From: Vicugna vicugna
Lineage: Eukaryota
Direction of reading: 5' to 3'
Length of the DNA: 64,000 nt
NCBI GenBank assembly: GCA_013265495.1
Contig: MU063101.1
Span: forward strand, 3,582,276-3,646,275
Shown: positions 49,124-61,317 of the stretch, one piece after another
Layout of the letters: every line of letters begins with the position of its first letter
Position numbering within the stretch: position 1 is the first letter of the stretch
Notes under the pieces: generated by a model
Databases searched by the model: none
Told to the model about the DNA's origin: nothing
What the model saw: only the letters and a program-made list of their open reading frames with translations
Position numbers and translations under genes: made by a program

Positions 49124-50634
49124 GGCCCACTAGGGAGCAATCCATTTGGTTGTGACCCGGCGCACCCTGGCAGAATGTCCTTGCAGAGACATTAATGTCA
49201 GCCTAGGAAGCACCACTCCCTCCCCCTTGCCGGCGGGTCCTCCCACCAATGAGCACTGCTAGCGATGCAGTTACACCTTTCGGACACTGGGCGAGACCGT
49301 GTCGCATTTCTGTATACTACTACTGTGCGGTACCATGAGGAAGGAGCTGTTGACTTTTTGTTTTTCATCCTCCTATTCCAAAGTCTTTTTTTCTTTTTTT
49401 CTACTAAATTGAACTCTGACTTCTCTTATGGCCTGTGATCATTTGAATGGCTTCATCAATTTGAAGCCTTAATTTTTGATCGCCTTTTTTTCCTTTTCTT
49501 TTTTTTTTTTTGTTTTTCCTCTGGGCCATCTCACTCTCAAGACTAGCCTTTATGATTCTGTAAGTTGGGGACACGTTGACAGAGGAGTCAGTGAAGAAAG
49601 GAAGAAGAGAGGTGTTTTCTGCGTTAGGATTATGAGGTAAATAGGGATTCGAAACATCAAGCTCACTGAAAGAAAAAGATGCCACCCCCTCAATCATAAA
49701 GATTTTGTTTCAGGACAAAAGTGTCATTTGTAAGCTAGGGACAAAAATATTATTTTTGTGTCCACCACACCTTCGGTCAGGGGAAAAAAAAAGTTAATAA
49801 ATGTGGGGGTTTTTTTCCATTTCTTTCCATGACAGATCAAAAGTCACATGAGTGGTGTTACAATGTAGCTGCCTAGATTATACTTGGCCTCTGAATAATA
49901 AATAGGGAGTTTCTAGACCCACCAGCTCATTAATGAGCGCTAATTCAGAATGGATGGCACAGTGTTCAGTAATTTAAGCAACGTGAACAATGAAGGTTCT
50001 CAACTCCGGTACAAAGAGCGGCCTATAGAATCATGAGGAATGAGTAATTACAGCTAATATCCATTTCAGCTTGTATTAGAACATCCAAAGGAACAAGGTC
50101 GCAGCCGCGGGGCCGGGAGCCGATCCGGGGGGAGCAGCGCGGGGGGAGTGGGAGTCAGCGGGGCAGGCGAACTCTTCCCATTACGTGGGCTCGCCCATGA
50201 ATAAGCCCCTGACAGCTCCCGCCAGCACCGGGCTGCAGAGCCGCAGCAGCTCAGTCATCAGGCCTGCCCACCACCAGCGCCACAGTTTGGCAAAGGGGGG
50301 CCCAGAGTGCAGAGGTGAGGTCTGTGGCTCCAGCTCCGGCCGACCTGCACACAAGGAGCAAAGTTGGGGAAGCTTCAACTCCCTGGGGCCCATGGGGAAG
50401 TGTTTCTGTCACTGAGGGGTGCCCCCTCCCAGGAGACATCCCTGGTGTTCTCTGTGGTCCACGCTGAGGGTCCGTAAGGCTTACAGGGAGGAAGAGATCA
50501 GGAAGCTGGCAGAGGTCACTGGGACAGGCTGCATCAGAACTGGGGAGCTGAGGCCCTCCTGACACCAGAGAAAGGAGAGAGAAACTGGGTAGAATTGGGG
50601 CTCTGTGGGTGAGACATCCATTTAAATCTGAGTT

Positions 50635-51000
50635 GTAATAGTCACAGCTCTTGGTTACAAGTCATAGAAGCCAACTCTGGATGATTTAAACAGAGAGAGA
50701 AATTTACTGAAAGGGTAATGGGGGCTCACAGGGCCTCCAGAAGAGCTGGAGAAGGGGGCTTAGACATGGAGCTGAGGTGGAAGGTGGGCTCCTGTTAATA
50801 GACCAGTTCTTTGTGGCCATGGCCTTGCACTGCCCAGGGATACAGGACCAAGCTTGTGTCCCTGCCATCACAGACCCTGGATCCCGGGCTCTGGGGGTCA
50901 CTCTTGCCAATTCTCGGCTTCCCCAAGTCTAAGATTGCTGTGTATGATTGGTTAAGACCAGGTCATGTGCCTCCGGGCTTCCAAGGGAGGCTTGACCTGT
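50635..51000 (-). mobile_element. Old MaLR LTR relic (MLT1K/L-like)
   Basis: CTTGGTTACAAGTCATAGAAGCCAACTCTGG ... TTTAAACAGAGAG ... AATTTACTG ... TGATTGGTTAAGACCAGGTCATGTGCC. Confidence 0.65.
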
Positions 51001-51459
51001 CTGGCTTCCGTGCTGGGGACAGAGTCTCCAAGGATTCATTAGAGAGTGAATGCCCCTTAAAGAAGACTGTTTACTGGATGCTGGACTGCCCCCAAGTGTC
51101 AAATGTCTGCTCTACCTGCTTGGCCTTGTCACCTCTGTGTGACCAATGCCAGCTACTTTCGCAGCCTAAACCTGCTTCTTGTGGCACAAAGGAGGCAGCA
51201 CCAGTACCACCCTCACAGCTGTAAAGACGAGGACAGCGCCACTTCGTTAATGCATTTCATATGCATCTGTTGAGTGCCTGCAATGCGTAAGGTTTAGTAT
51301 ATTCACAACGATGCATACCGCAGGGCAACCCTCTTTCATGGTACAGCCTCTGGCCTCCCAGCAGAGCTGCAGATAGGTAGCTGGTTTACAAGGAATTTGG
51401 ATGCAGATTTAATAAGACTTGCTGATGAACTGGATGTGTAGGATGCAAGAGAGGAAAGA

Positions 51460-51690
51460 TGGGGAGAGATAAATTAGGAGTTCAGGATTGGCAGTCAGTA
51501 GCTACTATATATAAAATAGACAAGCGACAAGATCCTAGGGCACAGGGAACTATATTCAGTATCTTGTAATAATCTATAATGAAAAAGAATATGAATATAT
51601 ATGTATAAATGAATTACTATGCTGTACACCAGAAATTAACACAACACTGTAAATCAACTATACTTCAATAAAAATAAAATAAAATAAAAA
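51460..51690 (+). mobile_element. Short L1 3' UTR (cetartiodactyl type) with (TAAAA)n tail
   Basis: CACAGGGAACTATATTCAGTATCTTGTAATAA ... GTAAATCAACTATACTTCAATAAAA. Confidence 0.9.
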
Positions 51691-51899
51691 GAGAGGAAGG
51701 AAACAAGACATCTCCAGTTTCTGGGAGATTTTACTGGTAAAGCCATTGGTTCCCTTCTTGGCATATGGTAAGTGCTCAACCAATGTTCACTGTTAATGTG
51801 ATTGACAGCATGGTTATCATCATCATCATCATCATTTCGTTATCACCTCTTGGCCAATCCATACAGATGACTTTAATATTCAATATAACACAGGGATTA

Positions 51900-51982
51900 C
51901 AGGTCGAGCTCAGCCTACATGGGCTCAAACTTTGACTCTGCCATTTGTCAGCTATGTGACCTTGGCCAGATTACTTAACCTT
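51900..51982 (+). mobile_element. MIR 5' half, split by an L1 stack
   Basis: CTCTGCCATTTGTCAGCTATGTGACCTTGGCCAGATTACTTAACCTT. Confidence 0.75.
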
Positions 51983-53125
51983 GCTCATCGATATTGGTCT
52001 TGGCAATAATTTGGGGGCATAATGCCAAAAGCATGAACAATAAAAGAAAACAATCGACAAATGGGACACATCAAACTCAAAAGCTTCTGCAGAGCAAAAG
52101 AAACTATCAACAGAATGAAAAGACAACCTACAGAATTGGTGAAAGTTTGCAAACCATATATTGAATGAGGGGTTAATATCCATCACACATAAAGAGCTCA
52201 GTCAACTCGATAACAAAGAAAGCAAACAACCCAATTAAAAAATGGGCAGAACCAAAAAGACATTACTCCAAGGAGGACATCAAAATGTGCTCACATCACT
52301 AATCATCAGGAAAATGCATACCCAAGCCACAATGAAATATCACCTCACATCTGTTAGAACGGCCATCATCAAGACAAGAGACAACAGGTGCTGGCGAGGA
52401 TGTGGGGAAAAGGGAACCACTGTGCACTGCTGGTAGGAATGTAGATTGGTCCAACAACTATGGATGACAGTACAGAGGTTCTTCAAAAAGTTCAAAGTAG
52501 AACTACCATATGATCCAGCAGTTCCACGTCTGGGAATACACCCAAAGGAAATGAAAACAGGATTTTGATGAGCTGTATGCACTCCCATGTTTATCGCAGC
52601 ATTTTTGCTATAGCCAAGCCATGGAAACGATCCAAATGCCCATCAACAGATGAATGGATAAAAAAGGGGTGGTACACATACACGATGGAATATGATTCAG
52701 CCACCAGAAAGGGAGATAGCCTCCTATTTTCAGTAATAACGTTGGACCTTGAGCATCATGCTAAGTGAGGTAAGTCAGAGGGAGAAAGACAAATATTGTA
52801 TGATATTGCTTACATGTGGAATCTAAAGTGAAACCTAAAAAAACCCCAGAGACTAAAATAGTAGTTGCCAGGGGATGAGTAGGGGATAAGAGGGTGGTGC
52901 TTAAGGGTACAACCTGTGGTAAATAAGCCACAGAGATCTAACGCACAGTGTAATGAATGTGGACAATGACATTGAACTGTAATTATGTCCTGTGATAGGT
53001 ATTGCTCTACGCACAATTATATTACAATATATAAATGAGTCAAAGCAATGCACTGTGTACCTTAAACTTATATAATATTACGTGTCAAATGTATTCAATT
53101 AAAAAATGAATTAGAATAAAATAAT
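51983..53125 (+). mobile_element. 5'-truncated older L1 (ORF2 3' part plus 3' UTR), with frameshifts and stops
   Basis: Translated [29 protein letters not shown] is the L1 ORF2 cysteine-rich C-terminus. Also AATGCCCATCAACAGATGAATGGATAAA. Confidence 0.93.
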
Positions 53126-53129
53126 GCCA

Positions 53130-53625
53130 GGCCCGGAGATCACCATTCTAAGTGAAATAAGCCAGAAAGAGAAAGAAAAATCCTATATGGTATCACTGAT
53201 AGGTGGACTCTAAAAAAATACACAAATGAACTTATTTACAAAACAGAAACTGACTCACATAGAAAACAAACTTAACGGTTAGTAATGGGGAAAAGAGGGT
53301 GGGAAGGCATAAGTTGGGGCATAAGATTTGCAGATACAAACTATTACATATAATATAGATAAACAAGTCTCTACTGTGTAACACAGGGAACTGTATTCAA
53401 AATCTTGCAGTAACCTATCGTGAAAAAGAATATGAAAAGGAATATATGTCCATGTATGTATGACCAAAACATTATGCTGTACACCAGAAATTGCTACAAC
53501 ATTGTAAACTATACTTCAATTAAAAAAGACAAAACAAACAAAAATACTGTAAATCAACTATACTTCAATAAAAAGTTAAAAAACAAAAACAAAAAAAACC
53601 CCAAATCCCCCAACAAAAAAGAGAA
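53130..53625 (+). mobile_element. Younger camelid-type L1 3' end inserted in the tail of the previous L1
   Basis: CATTCTAAGTGAAATAAGCCAGAAAGAGAAAGAAAAA ... AGAATATGAAAAGGAATATATG closely resembles the L1 at 2860-3230. The terminus is doubled (ACTATACTTCAAT twice). Confidence 0.88.
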
Positions 53626-53725
53626 TTGAGTCAAGGGAGATACTGAGGTCTCTTCTCTTCTATTGTAATAGTTCCTGAATAAAATCTGCTTTCCTGTTCA
53701 AAACCAACCCCCTGAAAAAACTAAC

Positions 53726-53830
53726 TAACCTTTCTGTAGCTAGCTTCCTCCTCTGTGAAACCCAGATGACAAAGGTAATAACCTCAGAGGGTTGTTACAA
53801 AGGCCAAACGTGCTGTTCTGTGAAATGGCT
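53726..53830 (+). mobile_element. MIR 3' half resuming after the L1 stack
   Basis: TAACCTTTCTGTAGCTAGCTTCCTCCTCTGTGAAA ... AACCTCAGAGGGTTGTT continues the MIR consensus. Confidence 0.65.
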
Positions 53831-54039
53831 CTTAGGACCGTGCCTGGAACGTACCAGCCCCGTTGACACAGCCCGCTGGCCTTGTCGACATTATCACCCC
53901 CAGCTCCTCCACGTCAGTCACCTCCCATCCAGGGCCCCGGTCGGTAAAACAGACTCTAAAAAGTCCGACCCTCTTTTTCCGCCTGACAGTGGAGGAGAGA
54001 CAGCCGACGTCCCCAGCCCACACGGGGATGAAATCCTCC

Positions 54040-54445
54040 CTCCCAGGCATCGTAAACCTCAGGTCTGGGTGGATCTGGCGACTGGGGCGACTCTGCAGCT
54101 CAGGCTCGAGTCACTCCGACCCCCGACGAGCTGACCCCGAGGCCTGCGCATCGCCAGCCTCTTCCCCAGAAGGAAGGGCGAGGCCTCGCGAACTGCCTCG
54201 GTTTGGAGCTGAGTGCTTTGGGGTCTTGGAAGTGGACACAGTTGCCTGAGGTTAAGCGGGAGACGCGGCCCAGGTCCCCCAGGGTGAGGACGCCAGCTGG
54301 GCCTCTGCTTTCGGGCCCGGCGGGAAATAACACGTCAGCACCTTTCCCCGGGGCCGGGGGACGCGCCAGTTCCCGCGCCCGCTGGGACGGGAAGTGGAGG
54401 AACACGCCCCCTCGCGCCCCGTCACACCCCCCGAGTCAGCCAGCA
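54040..54445. promoter_or_regulatory. Small CpG-rich island, candidate promoter or enhancer
   Basis: Dense CpG. GGCGGGAAA (54319-54327) and TTCCCGCGC (about 54370) are E2F-like, and CGGGAAGTG is ETS-like. Confidence 0.4.
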
Positions 54446-55149
54446 GTGGCAATAAAAATGGTAATGTCCACGGCTCCCCTTCACCTTGAAAAAGAGTAAT
54501 AACAATGCTGTCCAGCAAACATGGAAACCTCTTCTGGAGTGAAGTCTCCAGGTAGACCCCACACAGAGCGTCTGAAATGAGCTTTTTGGGCTCAAATGAC
54601 AAATTGGGGGGGGGCTCTGACCTTCATGTGGCCGGGACCCTCATCTCATTTTTGCATCCCTGGACCTGGAGTTTGCCTGACACATGGCCCGGGATGGACG
54701 CCTATGGAGGTGAAATCTCACGTGGATATGTGACTCGGCACCATGGCCAACAGATGACTGCCATCTGGGGCCCTGCACAGAAATATAATATGAAGGCGTA
54801 GATCTGAGCTGCCTCAGTTTCCCCATGTCATTAGAACAGGGCGACCTGAGCTTAGCCAGACTGGTGCAAGCAGACATCCTCTGGTCCTCTTGTGAGCAGA
54901 TGTGTCAGCCCCATGATCCTGCTCCACAAGCCTCGCTGTCCCGCAGGCAAGGCAGCCCTTGCTAGTAGGGGACAAGGGCTGTGCTATCACAGACGAAGCC
55001 CCCAGCCGAGATACAATGGAATTGGCCTCCAGAGGTCCCTGAACCGGTCATAAGGTCGACACTTCTTGCTTTTGCCTGGCTCCTTTGATAGGTGGAAAAC
55101 GCATTCACAGACCAAAGTACCAACCGCACCTTCTGGCAAACTTCAGGAG

Positions 55150-55310
55150 GTTAGCTTCATTGTTTCACCCATAATTTTCACCTGGGGAAACAGGCTCAGT
55201 GTGTTACAACCTTGTCCCAAGGTCACACAGCTGAGGAAAAATACAGCTAAGAACCAAATCCAGGCTATCGGAGTCCAGGGCTATGCTCTGACCACCACTC
55301 CACACTGCCT
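55150..55310 (-). mobile_element. MIR fragment
   Basis: TTTTCACCTGGGGAAACAGGCTCAG ... TTGTCCCAAGGTCACACAGCT. Confidence 0.8.
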
Positions 55311-55869
55311 ACCAGATCGTGGCTAACAAAGCCGCCGAACTTCATAGAGGGACTTTCCTAGAACTCTGACAAGCCCCAGGTCGCGGTCCCTCCACACCCC
55401 GCCCTTTGACTCACTCATCCTCTACTACGGCGAATACTGGATTGGATTTTGAAAAAGCAGAGCCACCTCCCTGTCCGCTAAATCCAGCCCTCTGCCTCGA
55501 GACTGCCTGCCTGTGCCTCAGTTTCTCTCATTTTAAGGACGCTGGTGATAACATCTGACAGTGCTTGGGGAGGGTCAAACCATGTCACGTCTGCGGTGTC
55601 CCTGAAGACCCAGGGCCCTCCTGACCCGATCAATGGGGCTGTCCAGACGATCAATGCTGATCACTGCAGCTGAATTGACCCGACACAGGTCCACATTGAT
55701 CATTTAAGACACCTGGAATGGTAGGATCAGCAGGGCTATGGTTCAGGGGTTTTGGTCACCAAGGACCTAGTTAAACGAGGACCCAGCCTTTTAAAAATAC
55801 AAGCTGTTACTTTAAAAAGCCCTTGGATTTCAAGAAGCCCTTGGATGGTTAGAGTTGGGTCTCTGGGAG

Positions 55870-56090
55870 GCAGAACTAAACTCAAGTTTCACCTCCATCA
55901 CATAGAGGCCTGGGTGGCTGCAGGCTGGCTTAACAACCTCTCTGAGCCTCAGTTTACCTTTCAGGAAAATGGGGGTGAGAGGGTATTTGCCCCATACAGT
56001 CCTAGAGACGAAGCAATGAGATGAGGTGGTAAGATGCTTAGCACAGAGTCTGGAAAGTATAAAGAGTTCAATAAAAATCTGGCTTATTGG
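55870..56090 (+). mobile_element. MIR, near full length
   Basis: AACCTCTCTGAGCCTCAGTTTACC ... AAAATGGGG ... GCTTAGCACAGAGTCTGG ... GTTCAATAAA. Confidence 0.85.
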
Positions 56091-57804
56091 TATGATTTAT
56101 TCTGAATAGGATTTTCCTCCCTTGCAAAATGGTGGCATCTTGAAATATTGAAGCCCTGCTGAAAACTGCCTGGGCTTGTGCTGTAGATGCCTGTCTCCTG
56201 TAAGCCCACTACTCAATCCTCAGAATAATGCTGAGTTATAAGAGACCACGGACATCAACTTGCCGACAGTCAAAGGGCTAGAGGGGGTGGACACAGATAC
56301 AAAGCCGGATTCTCCTGACTCTGGAACCTGTGTTCTTTCTGTGGTCCAAGCTGCTCTCTGAAGCCCAGCGGTGGGCATGTGGGAGAGGAGAGAAGACAGG
56401 ACTCCCACCTTCCAGGAGCTGGGGGTCTCCTTGGTGACGAGTCATTTACGCAAATAACATACTATGAACAGCAGCATAAAAATTAGTGCTAGCTGGGTGG
56501 TGCGCAGGAGATGGGCTGCAGCTGGCCCTGGGGGCAGGGGGCGGGGCAGGAAGGCTTTAGAGCACGAAGCTGATGTGTGATCTGAGCTCTGGCTGCCGAG
56601 GGGAAGTTCAATAAACCCTGACAAATGGGGAAACCAAGGCGGCAGGCACAAGATGAAACAGGCTGTGGAGGTAGCGGGTCGCCAGGCGAATCCAGCCAAT
56701 GGCCTCAATTGGCTGGTGCCTGGAGTCCTGGCCAGCTGCTCACCAGTGCCTCCTTATATAATCGACTTCATTGGCTATTTGTAGAAGATTCACTTAAGGT
56801 TACCATTTTGTCAGGTCTGCAGTTCTCGCTCCTGCTCGCCCGGTTTCTCTATTTCTATCTCTCTCTCCCACAAGTCCGGCTTTCCTCACTCCCCACTTCC
56901 TTTCTGCTTAATTGTGAGCAGCCTTGGCGAGGACTTAGGTTTTTCGTATTCAAGTTGGTTTTCACGTGTGAACAGTTTTGCCCTAGATTTTGGTGCACTG
57001 CCTCGCATTACAGAGCGTGGATATTTTACCTGGACATATATTTCATTTTTAAGGGAGGCTCATAACACTTGTCCAAAGCTAAAATGCTTCCACTATAATA
57101 CAGACTCTATGGGCAGGAAATAATATCTGAGTCCCCCTCTGTGGAAGGAGTGGATGCTGGGTTTGTTTAAAGATATGCTCCCTGCACTAAACTTGGACCA
57201 TGAACTACAAGGTGGCCGTTAGCATCCCCCTGTCCCAGCCAGGCACGTGATGTCGGGGATTTCCCCCCTCAAACAAAAGTGTAAGAGCAAACTGAGAAAA
57301 ATGGGCTTTATCTCCGAGCTGTAAGATATTCACACAATGTGACTCCCGGCTCCTGCAAAATGGAAATGAAAAGTCTCACTGTCTGCTTGAACTCTGGGGA
57401 CTTAGGAAATTGACTAATAATGCAAATATCCAGAGGTTAATAGCCTGGTGACATTACTGTAACTTACACGGTGGCTTAAAGGGCATTATCCATCACATGG
57501 CCAGCAACGGTCAGTTAGCAGAATAGATGGATAAATATCAAAAGAGGAATGAACTCCCAGAATCAGAAATTAATAAAAGCTGGGACTTCCCCCATCTTCT
57601 TCCTGTAATGGAACTGGGCAACCTGCAATCTTAGTTTTCTGTGCACAAGGTTCAGCCACCTTTTTTGCACGAGGTCCATCCCTGACAGGGTACATGAATG
57701 GGAGCACAAAAGCTGCTCCCCCCCACCTCCTCATTCTGCATTTGTGGGGAAAAATAAGGTACTCCAATGCTGATCAAGGGAGAAGTCATCAATAAGCCAA
57801 GGGT

Positions 57805-57960
57805 GGGGGAGGGTATAGCTCAGTGGTAGAGTGCTTGCTTAGCATGGTTCAATCCCCAGGACCTCCACTAGATGAATAAATAAATAAAAACCTAATTACC
57901 ACCCTCCCAAAAAAATAAAATTAAAAAATCAGGAAAAAATTTTAAAAAAGAAAAGAATCA
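57805..57960 (+). mobile_element. tRNA-derived SINE, camelid vic-1 type, with a short internal deletion and an A-rich tail
   Basis: GGGGGAGGGTATAGCTCAGTGGTAGAGTGCTTGCTTAGCATG|GTTCAATCCCCAGGACCTCCA ... ATAAATAAATAAAAACCTAATTACC. Confidence 0.88.
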
Positions 57961-59624
57961 TTAAAAAAAGAGTAAGTTTAACAGTAAATAAGTAAGCCAA
58001 AAAGAGGGTCCATTTGATGCCTTTGACTATGGCGGTTTTGGACAAAAGGAAGCTAACTAGAAGTCAGCTGGGAAAGGATCTAATAAATGTGGTCGAGATC
58101 CAAGCCATCTCTCCAGGCCCAGGGTGACCGTCCTTGCTAATTCATTGCCCTAACATTTGGAGTTTGGATGGGGCAACTGCAGCCCCAGAGAGGTGGTCCA
58201 TTTCACCACTGAGCGAGCTGAGGCGAAGGCACTTCGCTGTCTCTGGGCAGGATCTGAGATCCCTTTCATTGTCTGCTCGCCCAGGGGGAATTTCTCTCCC
58301 TCTGCTGCCATTTTCGGGCTTTTCCAGAGAAGGGCGGAGCGGTATTATCTTTGGGAAATTGTAGATTCTCAGCTCCTGCTGCTAAAAGGAAAATTACTGC
58401 CCTGAGCAGTCCCTGGTTGTGTTCCAAAGGAGTCTTGTCGCATTATTTAAATACTGAATTGCGATATGATTGAAGTTGGTACCAAGTTGCTTTGGCAGGG
58501 TCTGCTGGCTGGCAGGTGCTGGGCGGAGGGCTGTGCTGCTTCAGCTAACTGCTTTGGCTCCGCTGCTCCCGGGAGCGCCAGCCAAGACCCAGGATGCTGC
58601 TGCCGGGGCTGCTGCTTTTTATTTTATTTTTGCTGCAAAATGCAAATCCAAACCCCCAGCCCCTCGGCACGGGCCACTCCCCATGTGATGTCTCGTGGGC
58701 TCCTTAATCTGGATCTCTCCCGTGGTGCCTGCACCTTGCCCGGCTGTCTCCTGTTCCCTCGCAGCCCTCTCTCTTGGCTCTTAGCCCCCTGATGCACAAG
58801 AGGAAGGAAGACCATGCCCGTTTAAAGAGCATCCCTCGCCTTCATTTTCTCTTTCTTGCCTCTGTATTTTCTTTCCTCCAAACTAGCTTGAGTTGCACCT
58901 TTTGGACCCAAGAAGGGCACACAGGCCTTGGTCCCTTTTTACTTCTTTTTTGAAATGGGAAGCATGGGTCAAGCAGCCTTTTCTGCGACACTTTTGTGGG
59001 TAATGTGAGTTTTCCAGAACTGTTCGGAATGTCCAGGGCTTAGAGGGTGGTTTTGCCAAATCTGCTTGGAGGTGTTTTGTTTGTTTGTTTGTTGGCTTTT
59101 TAATGTTCTCTAACGTATTTAAGTTTTTGTGCCTTCTGGGTGGGGCAGGGCGCTGGGGGTGAGAGGCGGGCTGCCAAGCCCAGATTGGGCAAAGTGACCC
59201 TCCCTCTGCAGTCGATTCCCAGTCCAGAAACTTCTGCCTTTTCACTCGAGAGACCATTTCACAGCTTGGAAGATTTTTCCCCAAATCCTTCAGCCCACTT
59301 CCCCTGGCTGGGCTTGAGGTCACTCGGGCACGTGCGGGGCATGCTGAATGTGGCCCATGTTTCCACGGGCACGAAGGAGACAGATACACATCCCTGCCGC
59401 CCACACAGACCCCTGGATCTCAGCAGTGTCCTGAGCTGTCACTTAGCACTCAGCGCCCCCATGGGAGAAGACAGGATGGCCAGGAGGGAAGAGAAAACTC
59501 ATGAGTCAGAGTTGCTGATAAAAGTCACCCTTCCCCGCTGGGCTGATGACCTTGAATAGCTGAGAAAACCTGTCTGAATCTTGCTTTTTCACCTCCATGT
59601 CTTCCCACTGCCTCCCACTGCCCC

Positions 59625-59685
59625 CCTCCTCCTATTCCTCCTCCTCCATCATCATCATCATCATCATCATCATTATTATCATTAC
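59625..59685. repeat. (CCT)n then (CAT)n/(ATT)n microsatellite
   Basis: Direct reading. Confidence 0.9.
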
Positions 59686-60569
59686 AAAAGGAATGCTTGT
59701 TTTTCTGCACAAAGTGAAAGAAATAGGTAAAGCCAAAGCTGATATTCCATCACCATCCATCCAACCATCCCCAGCATTATAACCACTATTAATAGTTTCA
59801 TACACACCCTTCCAGACCTTTTTCAGATGCAACCACAAAGCCACACATTTGCAAGGCAGAGCAAATCGTACACACATTCAAGAGCCATTGTGAACATAAG
59901 ATAAGAAAATTGCTGTGGAATAAACATATTAATGACTATCTTTTCTAGTGTCTGGTTTGACTTCACCAGCCTTTATATATGCCTTTCATGAGGGCTGGCT
60001 GTATGTAGATATTCACCACACCTACGTCTCGTTGGCTTCTCGGCTGTGGCCCACTCCAATTCCAAAATGATGGTGTGCTGTTTTGTTGGAGTTTCCACAA
60101 GACTTCCAGAGACAGAAACCCCTTCCTTCTAGATCTTACAATCTCGAGTCTGTTCGGGACACACATGACAATCTCTAAAGGACACATCTCAGTTATCAAG
60201 GTCAGAATCACAGGGCAATTATTCTGTAACCCAATGAGCTGCGACCTTCACATCTAATCACAGGGCCCATCTTCGTGCCTGTCTCCCTGGGAAGAAAACA
60301 GACCTTCCCTTATCTCCTGCTGCATCTGTGATAAGGGTATTGATGAGTCAGATTGTCTGGGCTACACATAAGACCTTTGAAAGCTTACTTGTTCTGCACC
60401 AGGGCAAGGGTCTGTTTTATGTTTGTGTTTGGGACCCACAAGAGTCCTGAGGATGCAAGTCTTATGACACCACCAGCCCCGTGTGGGATGAGATGGGGTG
60501 GAGAGGGTGCAGGCAGGTGTTGGATGCATTTCAAAACACAGGCATTACTTACAAGGGCGAAGAGAGGGA

Positions 60570-60734
60570 NNNNNNNNNNNNNNNNNNNNNNNNNNNNNNN
60601 NNNNNNNNNNNNNNNNNNNNNNNNNNNNNNNNNNNNNNNNNNNNNNNNNNNNNNNNNNNNNNNNNNNNNNNNNNNNNNNNNNNNNNNNNNNNNNNNNNNN
60701 NNNNNNNNNNNNNNNNNNNNNNNNNNNNNNNNNN
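60570..60734. other. Assembly gap (165 N) at the 5' side of an L1 fragment
   Basis: Run of N. Confidence 1.
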
Positions 60735-61100
60735 TGACAACATGGATGGATTTTGAGGATATTATGCTAAGTGAAACAAATCAGACAGAGAAGGATAAAG
60801 ACTGGATGATTTTCCTTATATGTGAAATACAATAAATAAAATAAACGGACAAAACAAACCAAAGAAGAACAAACACATAGATACCGAGAACAGAGTAGTG
60901 GTTACCAGAGTAGAAGGAATGGGACAAGGAGCAGTGGTAAAACAGGTAAAGGGGTGGTCAACTATATGGTGACAGATAGAAACGAATCTTTTGTCAGTGA
61001 GTACATTGTCTGGTATTCAGAAATAGAAATATAATGTTATGCACAGGAAACTTACATAATGCCATCCATCAAAGCTACCTAAATAAAAACAAGCAAATAC
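60735..61100 (+). mobile_element. L1 3' end (older laurasiatherian type)
   Basis: TGACAACATGGATGGATTTTGAGGATATTATGCTAAGTGAAA translates to TTWMDFEDIMLSE. Also GAGAACAGAGTAGTGGTTACCAGAG. Confidence 0.88.
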
Positions 61101-61144
61101 AACCCAGATGCCTAGAGTCTGAGAGAGATACACCCAGAGCTAAA

Positions 61145-61317
61145 TGACCTGGCAAAGACAGGACTTCTGAGCCTCTGTGTCTTCATCTGTAAGAGGGAAT
61201 GATAATGTCCTTTTCAGGTGTGTTAGGAAGACTGAATATAATCATCCTTGGGAAGTGGTGAGCCTGGTGCCTGGCACAGGGGCACAAGACAAGAGCTCAA
61301 TAAATGAATGCTTAAAT

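Noticed and set aside
52242-52768. ORFs with recognisable protein motifs ([14 protein letters not shown])
   Set aside because: Fragmented L1 ORF2 C-terminus with frameshifts and stops, not a host gene or an intact retrotransposon.
57805-57880. tRNA-like sequences with A and B boxes (also 40741-40817)
   Set aside because: Heads of tRNA-derived SINEs with A-rich tails, and one has an internal deletion. Not functional tRNA genes.
18104-58646. At least six perfect octamer (ATGCAAAT/ATTTGCAT) sites across the window
   Set aside because: Only modestly above the roughly two expected under uniform base composition, my manual count is not exhaustive, and one lies in an LTR. Not claimed as enrichment.
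59525-59877. Poly-Ile, poly-Met and poly-Asp ORFs
   Set aside because: Translations of the (CAT)n microsatellite.
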